Origin: Amoeboaphelidium protococcarum X5
Taxonomy: Eukaryota; Fungi; Aphelidiomycota
Length of the DNA: 64,000 bases
NCBI GenBank assembly: GCA_023515725.1
Contig: JALDTO010000208.1
Coordinates: 186,001 to 250,000 of the forward strand
Direction of reading: 5' to 3'
The first letter of the stretch is position 1. Each line of letters opens with the position of its first letter. A program made the translations under genes and the position numbers. A model generated the notes under the pieces. It made no database searches and was not told where the DNA came from. It saw only the letters and a program-made list of their open reading frames with translations. Below, piece after piece: positions 23,763-36,614 of this stretch.

Positions 23763-25346
23763 TCATGACAAGTGATTCGACTTTTATTTTTATTCTTACT
23801 ATTACTAGTGATGATTATGATGATGTTGGTGATTATTATGGTGGTGATGGTCGTGATGATTGGGTGCATGATCTAGGTGCTTGTGCAAGTCTTGATCCAT
23901 CTGAATATAAAGCCACTTGATACCACCAGGGATAGATTACCTAACAGCCTTCTCAATCTTATCTCGTACTTGATATTACTTGATACTTTCAACCACATCT
24001 GGTGGCAATTGAGCATTAGACAGAGTGAAAACTTTCATAGCGACAAACCATTATCCATCTGACACTTCATAGCAGACAAAATCTTATATAGCGGATATAT
24101 AATTACCAAACACCTAACCATTAGGCAACGGAATACTTATAGTCATAATTTTAGATCGTAGTGCAACAAGAGACTCTAGATGAGGATTATTCATTTAGAG
24201 GGTGGATGTGAGTACTCTACCTGGCGAAAAGTACAACGAGCACATTATACTCACACATCTACCCATAAGAGGCACTACGTTGTACAACATGAGCAGAGCA
24301 ATGCCGAGACTACACAATGCATCAAGCCATCCCCATCTCTCTGCACCACCATCTGCATATCGTATGACCAGTGCAGATAGCAGCAATGACACTGATCCCA
24401 AAGCATCTCCCAGTATATGCAAATACATGCTCTAGAATATAAGACCACCTTCCTAATGACTATGACCATGATCTTTATGGCTATGACTATGTCCGTGATG
24501 ATCATGATCATGACCATGTGAGTGATCAGATTTATGATCATGATCCCCATGACTATGGCTATGGCTATGATCATCATGACCATGCGAACAGCTACCGTGT
24601 CCATGACCGTGGTGATGATGATGATCAAAAGCAAATATTCCAATCATATTAACCAATAGACCAGCAATGACAACCACCACAAAAGAATCATTGACAATCA
24701 ACTCAATTTTGTGAGAGTGTCCCTCCTGATGGCCAACAGAATGATGATCTAAATCTCCCGTAGAAATATCAGCAATGGCACTACTACTGCTCTGGAATAT
24801 TAAATAAATATACAGTCGATACACAGCCTGATTAACAATACTGACACCAGTAGACAGCAAGAAGACGCAATTGATCAGAGTGGCCAAAGGCTCGAGTCGA
24901 GCGTATCCAAACGGTTTATTGTATAAAGATATCAAATCCATATCACTCAATGGGCCAGCTTTACCAAGAATCTATTACTGCTTTTGATCAGAACCAACCA
25001 GCAGTGCCACAACTAGACCAAAGAATACACCAAAACTATCGAAAGCCATGTGCAGAGCATCACTCTACATGCCCAGAGAATTGGACAAGATTCCATAAAC
25101 ATACTCGACAACCATAAGCAATAGATTAAGAGCCAAAAATATCTAAATCCGCCTTGTCTAGTCACTTTTACCAAATTATGCCAACGATCTAATAGCATTC
25201 CATACCCACCAGATTATGCTACGACCAACAGATTACTGGCGACTAACATTAGGCAGCGGTAAATGTCCATGAGAACTTCTCACAGCCTTCTAATACTTGT
25301 TGTTATCACTATCAAAATAATAACCATCAGCACTAGGAGTCATCAT
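23763..25346 (-). CDS. CDF zinc transporter, ZnT5/ZnT7/Msc2-like, with His-rich loops (527 aa)
   Basis: SNSLGMQSDALHMAFD, PFGYARLEPLATLINCVFL, His-rich loop, SMYLHILGDALGSV, His/Gln-rich C-terminus. Confidence 0.92.
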
Positions 25347-25608
25347 TCTTAAGTATTGTTAAATTGTATCTACACTATTACCGTACTAGCTATGCCTGCA
25401 GGTTTGTTTCACGGATCGATTCAATTGGGAGAAACGCGGCGAGCGAAGAACAAAGGCAAGCGGTACGCAACGCAGCACTAAGCGCGTACCCGACAATGAC
25501 GTGACAAGATGATCTGCAATAACAATCTAAGGGAAACTTTAAATCAAAATCAACTCTCAATCTATATTCTTTATTATTATATTTTGATACTTATTTCTAT
25601 CACTTCAT

Positions 25609-28218
25609 TCAATAGCCACCACGACCAGGAGCAGAGACGCTGTTAATTCTGAGCTATTCAACTTTGGCGCATAATCTCTCGCGACTCTTCAAAATGAAAT
25701 ATATCAACATCCACAGGCACGCGAGAGCTATCACGTAGTATACTGCCAAAAGCAGCCATCCGATAGCGTATGTACCAGTAAATTACAACTAGTTTGCATT
25801 AAGAACGGCACTTGAGGACACTGGAGAATTTGTTGCATAGTTGAACAATGACGGAACGCCAGAGTTCACTTGGCCAGCATTGTACCAGTCTGTATCGTTA
25901 TTATTATTCTATTGAATGCTTAAATTTCCATTAGCATGATATGTATTCTAATAACCGTTATTGTTCGCCAAGAACATAGTCGACTTTAACGTTGTCTGAT
26001 GATCTATAGAACTCGATCCCACCCATATACCCTTGTTGTGCAACTCGATGGATGACCATTTGGAGAATTGGAACAAGTACGGACATGATACACCGGCTGC
26101 CAGAAATGCACAAACACTAATGGCCAGGACTGCCATGAAGCTGGAGAATAGCTATGACTTTAGATTTCTTGCGCGTATGGCAAAGTCTGTACTGGTGACA
26201 GTATTAGACGAGAACTGATCACGGAATCTGTATATTGCAATAGAGCCTTCCGTGCCAGCAATAGAACCAATGAACGAACACAACGCAGGATATATGCCAA
26301 GCGAAAGAGTTATGATCATTGCAAAGTAGGTAAAGACCACACTTCCACCATTTGGAATGACATACGAACCAAATATCACCGCTAAAATACCACTAATACT
26401 AAAGATAATCTAATACTACGCCAGTGAGTGCATAACCGAAGCTTATTTTGACTGCGTTTTAATCTCTGCAATGTACTCTTCCTCATTCTTAGCACATACC
26501 TATTGCACACTCATTCTACTTTCAGATCTAGATCTGATGAATACAAATAGGAATGAACAGAAGCAAGCAAATACCACCAACGATAGATATGCAAGAATGC
26601 GACCAACTTTGCTAAAGTACAACATGTCGTCCATAACTTGATTCAAATACCAGCTAGTAGCATGGACACCAAGAGACAGTGCGAACACAACAAAGTACAG
26701 AATCCATCCACTAAGAGAAAACCCATAGCTCATCACAAACTTCCATATTTTTGCAAAAGACACTTGTCCACTCGCGAATCTCTCAGATGCAGACCCTCTG
26801 CCGTACGTATTACGCGCCTCGTCACGTAAATCAGCCAACTCAATTTCACTGTCTACATCATTACTATGATCAATGGCGCGCTTGAGATCAATTCCGTAGA
26901 TTACAGCGCTTAAAAATATACTGACAGCGCCGACAACTATAAGGAGGACATTCTCGTATTAGCGATTACCCTCTTCTTGGGTTTTAGATGATGACGAGGT
27001 AACAATAATCAGACGAATCGACTCAACCAATATCTAAGGCAGTACACAAAATCCAAGTATAAAGAATCTCCAAACAGAAAATGCCAAATTACGTGCTAAA
27101 GCATTCATAAATGCATTGTCCGTCGTCGATTCCGGTTCAATAATAGACTTCATGAAATCCGACATTTAGTTATTCAAAGAACCATTGAAATTAAATATCA
27201 CTGCAAATATAACAATAGCCAGAGCTACACCATTCAATAGGCCGGCAACAATAGGTCTCACCAACATAAACAAAATGTTGAAGGATTTCGAATCATAAAT
27301 TTGTCCACCATTAGCCGCTACCGTATTATTCCATATCGCGCCGGGAACTAGAGCCAGTGCACCACTAAGTAAGGCAATCAAGCACATACAACGCACGAAA
27401 AATGATCCAGCTTTACGAACGTTTACTTTAGACAGGGACCATGCGCGTCTGCCAATAACCATCGTCATCACGCTAAACATCACAAAAGATGCCGCCATCA
27501 TCATGCCAAACATACCAGTGACGGAGTGCAGCGTCCAATTAGACTATAGGTGCTAAGGCATGAACCTGGCGACAGATGATGTGGCATACACGTTACATGC
27601 CATGATAGAAGCAAACAGCAAATTGATGAGCGAAAGAGTGCTTCTAGGCAGCCTTGACTGGTACAAGTACTTTTTACACAGCGCCGCGTGACTATCCTAA
27701 TTTACTCCAAATTGATTAGATTTAGTTGCACTTCCATATTACTTCATGCTCTAACTCCTCTTGGCACCACCACCTAATGGAACATCCACCAAATTATCAT
27801 CATTCAGAGTACTTCTTCTCCTGTTTAAAAGCGCTTAAAAACTCTCTTAAGAATATGATCTTTCATGTTATAGACTATACTTCTTCCTTGCATTCACACT
27901 CTTACTACCAGATGACACTATTGAACTTTGGTCTTAATCACGCCTGTTGGCATTAGCATTAGAATCCAGACGCGTCTCTTCATTGAAGCGAGTAGCAGAG
28001 CTGGACGTGCTATCACCGGATGATACGCTTTTTTCATTATTATTTTGGTTGATATCAGTGCTCTATGTGAATGGATTAAACAACAGAGCACTCTGCACAT
28101 CATTAGAGTCAAATGGATTATAATTTTAGACCAGTCCCTACTGAGACGATGCCTGATCTGCATCTTACTGAAGTGGGATGCTGGAATAATAATGATCCTA
28201 ACCTTAATCCCTACTCAT
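25609..28218 (-). CDS. Large multi-pass membrane protein (869 aa): disordered N-terminus plus ~12 TM MFS-like region
   Basis: ORF-track fragments 27166-27513, 26500-26838, 26152-26379 and 25948-26136 join in one frame from ATG 28218 to TGA 25609-25611. Confidence 0.75.
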
Positions 28219-28836
28219 AATATCCAAAAAAATTGAACCCAATATCAAGAAATTGTTATGTAAAAGGATATTCCAAAAGAGCAACTATCAAGGCCTAGTT
28301 GACTACTCCGTAGTTAAATCTTTGATCAATTGCGTGCCCCTTATCACGCGCGCCATAATTGTGTGCCCAATTACGCCGTTTACTTCATCTGAGTTTCTGT
28401 GATGTTTCATTGTTATCAAGTGTGTAAGCTTTATTATAACTGTACCTTTAGTACTGTCACAAACATAGCTAATGAGCATTATATCCTATAGTTTGGGTAT
28501 ATTCACAGCAGCAAAACATTACCTAATACAGCAGCCAAACAGGTGAATGATGTTGATAACAACTTCATTCGTCAAGTATCACATAGCCTGAGAAAGTTTA
28601 AATTAAAAAAAATTGAAAGTTTATAGGATGAACGTCGTAGAGTAAAGCACCGACGTACAGTATTGAGACTGCAGACGCGTTCGACGACTAAAGAACGCGA
28701 ATCCGTTATATGAAGCAAATGCCGTGACAGTAAACAGTACTAAAGCCAAAAACGAGAGCCTAGGAAGTCATTGAACAACAATGATGAAGTAAACCAGTTT
28801 ATTATATGTAATATCACTCGTCGCTACACAGCAAGA

Positions 28837-29271
28837 TCACTTCAATGGAACGAATCTAGAAGAGTGAGTAGCACCAATACCAGGACGACCGTGCTTCACT
28901 GGCTTATAAGACATACTAAACTCTGCCAAGTAGTGACCGACCATCTCCGGCTTGACCTCAACCTGGATAAAAGTCTTTCCATTGTACACTCCGACGACGG
29001 ATCCAATCATCTCTGGGAGAATGATCATGTTACGCAAGTGAGTCTTCACAACAGCCGGCTTCTCTGTTGGCTCACATGCCTCCTTGGCTGCACGAAGCTT
29101 CTTGATCAGATTGGTGTGTTTTCTCTTCAATCCACGAGCAAATCTACGGCGGACACGAGCGTGCATCAGAGGCATCAACTGCTCGGTCGACATGTCCAAC
29201 AAATTGTCCAACTCAACTCCACGGAAGGTATATTTCTTAAATTGACGCTTCTTTGATTAATCGTCAGCCAT
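28837..29271 (-). CDS. RPS15: 40S ribosomal protein uS19 (S15), 144 aa
   Basis: MADD[TAA=Q][22 protein letters not shown]...[25 protein letters not shown]...[18 protein letters not shown]. Confidence 0.98.
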
Positions 29272-29586
29272 CTTTAAATTGTATGTATTTATATTTCTAC
29301 TATACTTAAAATGCTACTGCTCTCTGCAATAAGATCGGAGTGACGCGTGTAATTCTTGAATATTGCCAGAAAATAAATTTCGGTCAGCTAAGGTTGAGAA
29401 CTGAATCGCGCGCGAGATCTCTCCTTTTGCTTTGCTGACCGTCCGTTAGTGCTGACCGTGAAATGAAAAGCGCGCGTATTGAGCTAAGATCATAAGGAGT
29501 CACATGAGCGACCATCTAAGGTGTATCATACTGCTTGGACTAAAAATTATACCGATTGGTGAACCATTCATTCCCTTTTATTATGC

Positions 29587-31125
29587 TCATTTTTCAAAGT
29601 TTACTTGTCTCGCATTTTCTTTTGATGATTATTACGCGTCAAGGCTTTAACTCTTTGGAGGTGGTTCGCTTGATGCGTATACTTACGCTCTCTCAGACGC
29701 CAATTTTACCTTCAGAGAATCGTACTTCATTTTGAGGTTACTCATTTTTAGTTGACTTTTAGATAGCTCCTGTTCCTTCTTTTAAACTTATTACTGCAGG
29801 TCGTAAACAACTTGCCGTTCATTGGCTTTTTACAACTTGAGCTGCGATACCTCTTTCTTCAGTCGATCAATCTCTGCATTTTGTGCGTCTATACGAAGTT
29901 TCAGCGTCTGAATCACTTCAACTTAATCACCACTAGGGATTAAAGTTCCAACATTTATGCGACAGTCACCTTCAACTTTAACAGCATTTTACAGGCGGTG
30001 ATTTTCCTTCTATAATTCTTAGTTTTCTTGTTACAACTATCGCATCGCTCTCTCCACATACGCATAGTTAGTATTATCATCTTTACTGAATACCATCTAA
30101 TTTAAACGTCCAATCTATGACTTTAACTTGGATTGCTGAGATACTTGCTTCTTGTGCTGTTACATCAGATTGGAATGCTTCTCTTACAACATATTATGTT
30201 TACTCTCCAACTCGACGCGCTTATCTTCAACTTCGCTAAACAAAGACTTGCTTTATGGTTCTGGCTCATTATCCACACTGAAATTGTCATATCTAGTCTC
30301 AAGCTGAGCTTGCAATTGCTCAATTATCTGATGACATTCAGCCAAGCGTTCATTGCTCTGATGCAGTTCAATCTCAATCTGCTCTGCCTCAAACAGTTTC
30401 AACTTCCAATGCTCGACTTCTTCAACTATAGCCTACTTTTCAGCATTTGCGGCATCCAGTTTCCCCGCTAGATCCATAATAATACTACTTTTCTCCTCAA
30501 TCTCCTTCTAATACTTTGCCATAGTGGCGCACATACCCGCAATTTCCTTCTCAGCAATATCCTTCTCACGCTGCGTTGTGGTCGCATCTACCGTTTTACC
30601 TTTGATCAGTTTGAGTTCATCGGACAGCTTCAGCTTTGCTGCATTTGCAAGTTCCAACTGGGCCAACAGTTCACCTTACTCGCTCTTCCATCCAAGTTCA
30701 GCTTTATGATGCAGCTTCTTTAATTCATTTTTCTCTTGCTTTACCTGATCAACTTACTCTCGCAGCTCCAGAGTTGTCTAATGCAGTGACTAAACTTCCT
30801 ATTCTAGAGAGGAGATGGCTTCCTAATGCTATCTCTCACTATGCTCACCGTTCTATTTCAATTCAAGTGTCTCATTCAGGCGCTCAATTTCAAGCTTCAA
30901 ATCATCATTCTCTCTTAATAACTAGCTTCCAATATCAGCAGCCAGAGCCAGGTTAGAATCCTTACTCTTTACTAGTTAATGCAGATCGCGCAAGCATTGT
31001 TTCAACTACTTGCCACTAAACTTGGTGAGCTGCGGAGACGCTAACATGGGTGTGCTAATATCATCAACCAAAATTCTCTGCTTCTGAGGTGTGCAAAACT
31101 GCGCATTCTCATTTTCAGACTCCAT
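29587..31125 (-). CDS. SPDL1: Spindly-like dynein-activating adaptor (512 aa coiled-coil)
   Basis: N-terminal CC1 box KDSNLALAADIGSQLLREN (AAxxG) and Spindly motif SKSLFSEVEDKRVELE (cf. GNSLFAEVEDRR). Confidence 0.85.
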
Positions 31126-31362
31126 GATTACAAGTCTATCAATATTTTGGTAAGTGTATGTCTTAATGGGAATTAGCTTAATAAGGCAAAGAAAATGGTC
31201 ACCTCTGAGCAGATTGCGCGTAGAACTTCAAAAGAACAGAAAATATTTGAAACGCATTGGATTGAGTGTACTTTATTAGCACGCATTTTAATGCACAAGA
31301 TTGAAAGACTAAAAACTTTTGGAAAAATAATTTATGATGGATATTGTATTTCTTTAAAGACA

Positions 31363-31977
31363 TCAAGCTTCTTTAATATTGAGGTTGGATATCATATTGA
31401 TGAGTTCAGCTTTAGCTTCGCGCAAGTTAGCAGCTTCCACGTCATCTTTCGGAGTGTATGCACTCAATCGTCTAACTGATTTCTTTGCATTGTCAATTAC
31501 TCTGTCAATAGAATCTACAGTATCTTTTGACTCCTCAGCTAGATGCAATTCATCTACAGGATTAAATAACTCAACGTACTTATCTTTAATTTACTTGATA
31601 TCGTTGGCAACAGCTTCCTTGCGTTCCAACCTACGTTGTTTCAAACTTTCCAACAGATCTGTGGTTGCCCGCGAGGCGACTCTTCGCTTACTCGTAGCTG
31701 TTTAAGTTTAAGACGCGATCTCTTAGACACTTATCAAATTATGCGAATCAATGGGTTCAATTTCAGCTTAAGCTTGCACTTGAGGATTACTGTTTTCAAT
31801 ATCTTTACGATTAGAAGTGATAGGAGAATCGGGCAGCATGTACTATTTCAATCTGGCTTTCATTATAGATGGATCTTTTATCATTGGAGGACTGATTTAT
31901 TATCCAGCATCTGCGAGCCAATCTTTTGTATGATGCAACACCAATGGTTGCTCCAACTTCCATTTACTATTGTTCAT
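31363..31977 (-). CDS. Hypothetical protein (204 aa) with C-terminal coiled-coil
   Basis: Open frame ATG 31977 to TGA 31363-31365 under table 6; no family recognised. Confidence 0.6.
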
Positions 31978-32224
31978 CTTTTAAATAGTTCTGAATATAA
32001 GTAAACTCTGTTAGATATTTAAGTACAATTCCAGCTGTATTCTTTAATATGCAAGTTTAGCAACAGAAGAAAAGAGAAATGCAAGCTGAAACGTTGAGAA
32101 GATGAAAGGTAAAGCATTAACGCGTCTCTAGCCTCAAAGGTAAGAAGCAAGCAAGCAAGCAGAGATGATACCAGATTTTACACAGAGTAGAATCAGCTTA
32201 TATAGAGATATACTTCCCGCTACA

Positions 32225-32780
32225 TCATAATTTAGATTTCGTAGATGAGGAATTCTCCTTGATAAACTTCATAACTTTCTCCACTCCGCCAGCCTTAACA
32301 AAGATCTTTTCCACACTTTACGCCAGTGAGAGATCACCCTTCACCTTGAGCTTCTTCTATTACATTGCTTACATTCCATTCATACCTCCTACATATAAGC
32401 TATGCAGTAAGTTGGCTCATAAATTTCTAATAATTAAAAGTACCTGTAATCATCTTGAGCAGGTCTTTATCCTCGATTGTAAATTAAACTTTGGGTAAAT
32501 CTTTCAATTGCTGTAAATTTTAAGGCTTCTTCTAAGAAATGTACGGCTTAGAGTCATAGCCTTAGAGCACAACGAACCTACAATTATCATCAAGTTACAT
32601 TGCCACCATGTTATCAATTAACAATCAGAGATATTCATACCATGTTGTAACGTGTTTTCCATGTTTCATTATTTTTGCCACAAATACTCCTTTAGTGTTG
32701 GCCACAATGGTATCATTCCTCTCCAACTCCTTCTGAATTTCAGGAAATAGCAGCGATGAGTACAAGGGTTTATCAGACAT
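32225..32780 (-). CDS. SCP2 sterol-carrier domain protein with PTS1 (145 aa; introns 32578-32640, 32389-32443)
   Basis: FTIEDKDLLKMITG|GMNGMQAMQQKKLKVKGDLSLAQSVEKIF; C-terminus ...TKSKL* (peroxisomal SKL). Confidence 0.88.
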
Positions 32781-33018
32781 ATTTTTATCTGGGAATTAAG
32801 TATATAGAAATTATAGTGCAGACTATATAAATCGGATTATATAGACTAATAAGCAGCAAAGTGAAGGAAGAAAGTAACAAACTTGAATGATCGTGAGAAC
32901 AAAACGGGATTTCCATGTAGAGACGGCTAACGTTTATACGCGCGTCAGATGTTAATTACGATGAAAATATCCATCATAGTAGTACCATCTATATATATTT
33001 ATTAATTAGTTGATCATT

Positions 33019-36000
33019 TCATTGTGGAGTTTAATTTAAAATGCCATCCAAGTCTGCGACACTCTGCGCGAAAGGGGAGTATAAGACAATGGGTGCATCA
33101 TTCTCGGCTATTTACAGACTGATGGAATAGAACTGGTTGCAAACTGATTTCTTAACGGATTATATATCGACAATGGCAATGCTCTAGACTGCCAGATTAT
33201 TGGAATCGGTGTAAATATCTTACCCAAATAATGATTGAATTGAGCACCGTAAAAAGATCAGCTGTCTACCAACAACCATTACAAGCTCAATAACGTTGAA
33301 TCGATTTTCCATGCCCTGCGAGGACACCTTGAACAGACGGCAATACGCAACTAATCTTTTTAAGGCTATCAGTTTGAGCTTGACGTTCTCATCAGAATCG
33401 AGCAGTTGACTAAATTCTTCCACTGACGCCGCCTTAGTAACTATTTTGAGTACATGTTCAGCCAGGTGCCAGTTATCGTACAGCTTCAGCTAAGTACAAC
33501 CTTGCTCATAAAGTAATTAAGACAGATTAGCAGTGATCTCATTACACACTTGTTAATTATAAAATGTGATCAGTAAGGAATCGGTTGCTTTTAAGAGCTT
33601 CTTACTCCTCTGAGCCAACTTGCCATCTGATTTCTGCAAGCGCGAAAAGTCCAGATCTAATTCGAGTGACTATCCTTCAAATCCAACCAACAGATCAGAG
33701 ATACACTGCAAAGGAATAGAGTACTTGACTGAGATTTAAGAAGAATCCAAGTTATGGAAAGGACAAAATGGTGAATCAAAGTCCTGCCCATTGTATTCTA
33801 AAAGCACGATTCGGAGGCTAGTTACAATGAGGAGGCCGTTGACACACTCGTCGCCAATCTTACTTCCCTGGTTTACAAGCTAACTAAACTTTGATCGCTG
33901 CCTCCGTTTACCAATACCAACTGTGCAAGGACAGAAAGACAATAAAGATTCATTGGGCGTAAGCAACTTCAACTAGAGATAAACCGACAGAGAGACATCG
34001 ATTAAGTCCAACGATGAAGTCATTCGTTACGCTTTATCTGCAGCAACTGTAAATTCATCAACTGAATCAGAAGAATTCTAACGTTCATAAAGCATTTACG
34101 AAGAGGCCTAGGTAGTGCTAAGAGATACAGGCTCAGTCACAACATTTTTACTGCTCATATCTTCATCAGTAGCCACCAACAGCGAGTTTCCGCATTTTGG
34201 ACACTGCGCGGGCTTCTCACGCTCATATGTTGACCATTGATAAGCACAGGATATGCACTTATATTGACGGCTGACTGCAGCAACGTGTTAAGGGTCTATT
34301 AACGATCTGAAATAATTAAACAGCTCCTTCAGCTAAACAGTAGAGTTCTGAACTTATTTGAATTGTACCATTATCGGCTGATCTTCATACGTGGCCTTAT
34401 ACGTGAGATAGAATAACTCGTCAGCTGATGAATCCCAACGGCAATTTACAATCGAATTGAGCATATTATCAAACTATGACTGCAAGTCAGGATCTTAAAC
34501 ACTAAATTACCAATAAGGGACTTGATCTTCGCGACTGACAATGACCTTCTGCCACACTTACGAACCTGGACCTGTAAAAAGTACAGTTGATTCAATAGCT
34601 TCATCTATCAATTCAAAGTTTTGCATACCACTCTATGGATCAGACATTTACAAATCAAAAGATTGTTCAGATAACGGCGATGATGGAGATAAAGGTTATG
34701 CTTATAGAGAGCCCTTTAAAACCGCAGGATCATTAGCAGGTATAGGAGCATTAAACACAGGGTCCGCAGCTAGAACTGACTATGGCTAAATCGATAAGGC
34801 AGTCGATGGCATAGACTTCTCAACAGAAGATGGTATTATCCTTCCACTTTACGTTTCATTAGATACGCTAGGAATATTACGAGATGACTCAGCCAGACTT
34901 AAATTGGCAATATTACCAACACTACCTGTAAACTTTTCTTTAGCAAATTGCTTGAGCCAGCCAGATCCGGCAGATATCTTAATTGAATCTATTTACATTT
35001 TCTACCGCTAGGTGATACTCTCTAATTGAGCTAATCTGGCTTTACGAGTCTATGAACTCTACTTGGAACTGATGACAGAAGCAGAATACACGCTGGGAGA
35101 TATCTACTAACCTTGCTCTTAATTAACTTTATCAGTTGTGATATCCACTATATCTTCTTACTACAGGAAATTGTCATTCTCAATGAGAGCCTAAATAGGC
35201 AAAGTTTTCGATTAAACTTGAACCGTTTACACCTAACGCAAAGATTGGAATGACGTGGTGGAACTATACCCATTAATAGACCGACGACTCTTCAAGCGTA
35301 ACTTCTCAGTAATACTTGCATTCTTACCATCCAGTAATAATTGAGGTTTACTCTAAGCATCTAACGTGGTCAGAATACGAATTCTATAGCCATTCATAGT
35401 CGCAACCTAATTGCCCATAACGTTCACACTCTCTAGATGTTGCTCAATTAGCTATAAAGTCTCATCTAACAAGTCCAAATCTGTAAGTAAATTGTTGGAA
35501 ATATCCAAATGTTTCAACTCTGTGAATGACACCTGTTACACACTATCCAATAGAGACTTTGAGTCTATAAGATTATTGCCAACACTGAGACTTAATAACT
35601 AACACTCACCACTAAGATCGAGCCGGGTCAACTTGTTGAACGATAAATCCAATTTCTTTAATTAAGTATACTAAGTAATATCGCCAACAATAAACTCTAT
35701 AAGATTATGTGATAAATTAAGAGACTAGAGTCGAGGTAGAGCTGCCAATATCTAGTGAAGATCCAATGATTAAATGCAGTTATATGACAAATCGAGACTG
35801 CGGAGACGAGGGTAATATCGCGCAAAATCAGCATATTCAAATGATCCAGGAGATATTGCTAAAGAGCCATCACTATTATTATTAGAACTGCCACTAGTAT
35901 CATACACCTTTTACTTGCCCTTCCGCCGCAAAGAATCAAAGTGTATTGGAACGAATAGCGCTTCATCCACACTGCGAATAGAACATCGTCTCAACACGAG

Positions 36001-36315
36001 CTATTCCATCTCAGATAACATATTCAATCCTACAATTAGCTACGTGTCAACTTTATTCAATTCAAGTTAACGAACAGATTTAAAAAGCCCCAGATCTATA
36101 AGTTGAGCATCATTGTCAAGTTTCGCCTAATTCTTGCTGAGAGTGGACACTTTGACATTCTAGAGCTGTCGTAACATGCGCAATAGATCAGCGTTCACAT
36201 TAGATTTCTCATATTCTTAGCATAAGAACTACAGATGATTGCAGTCAATAACAAATCTCTATTATCTATTCACATTCCGCTCCAAATATTTTTCTATAGA
36301 ATCCAAAATATTCAT
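33019..36315 (-). CDS. STK11IP (LKB1-interacting protein)/nischarin-like LRR protein (1098 aa)
   Basis: IDLGLFKSVRQLELNKV, LRR array (LRSLDLSYNCI, LQSLNLSHNLI, LKKLDLSFNKL, LKHLDISNNLL), later CISC...CPKCG zinc-ribbon-like pair and IDVSLSVYLQLKLL, all in the order I recall for STK11IP. Confidence 0.72.
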
Positions 36316-36614
36316 ACTAAATGATTTTTAGAAGGTAATATCAAAACCACACACAACCACCTAAAGTATGACAACGGAGAGAGAGAAAGAGAGAGAAAGC
36401 ACGAAGAATCAAAAGACGCGACAAGTGAAAAGGAAAGAAAGCTGCACTGTGCTTCCTGGCGTCAAGAACGGATTAAAGTGGAAGAACTCTCTCTCGCGTT
36501 TCTCATTCTCTCGCCTCTTTATTTCTTTCAGTCTTTGTTGTTGGTAGTCGCGTAAATTAATCTTTGCTTACAGCTTTTTCGATCAAGTAGCAAATTGTCT
36601 GATTTATTAGTAGT

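Noticed and set aside
24453-24643. CATGAT-like periodic repeats resembling an array
   Set aside because: They are His/Asp/Gly codons of the zinc transporter loop, not CRISPR or satellite DNA.
28402-28713. 103-codon plus-strand frame under table 6 with donor/acceptor-like sites; also weak C/D-box-like words at 28545-28591
   Set aside because: No recognisable product in any splice combination I tried, long open frames arise easily with one stop codon, and box C is imperfect. Needs RNA-seq.
28771-29256. 161 aa plus-strand ORF in the track
   Set aside because: Antisense shadow of RPS15; many other track ORFs (e.g. 11687-12004, 30133-30471, 54616-54987) are likewise shadows of opposite-strand genes.
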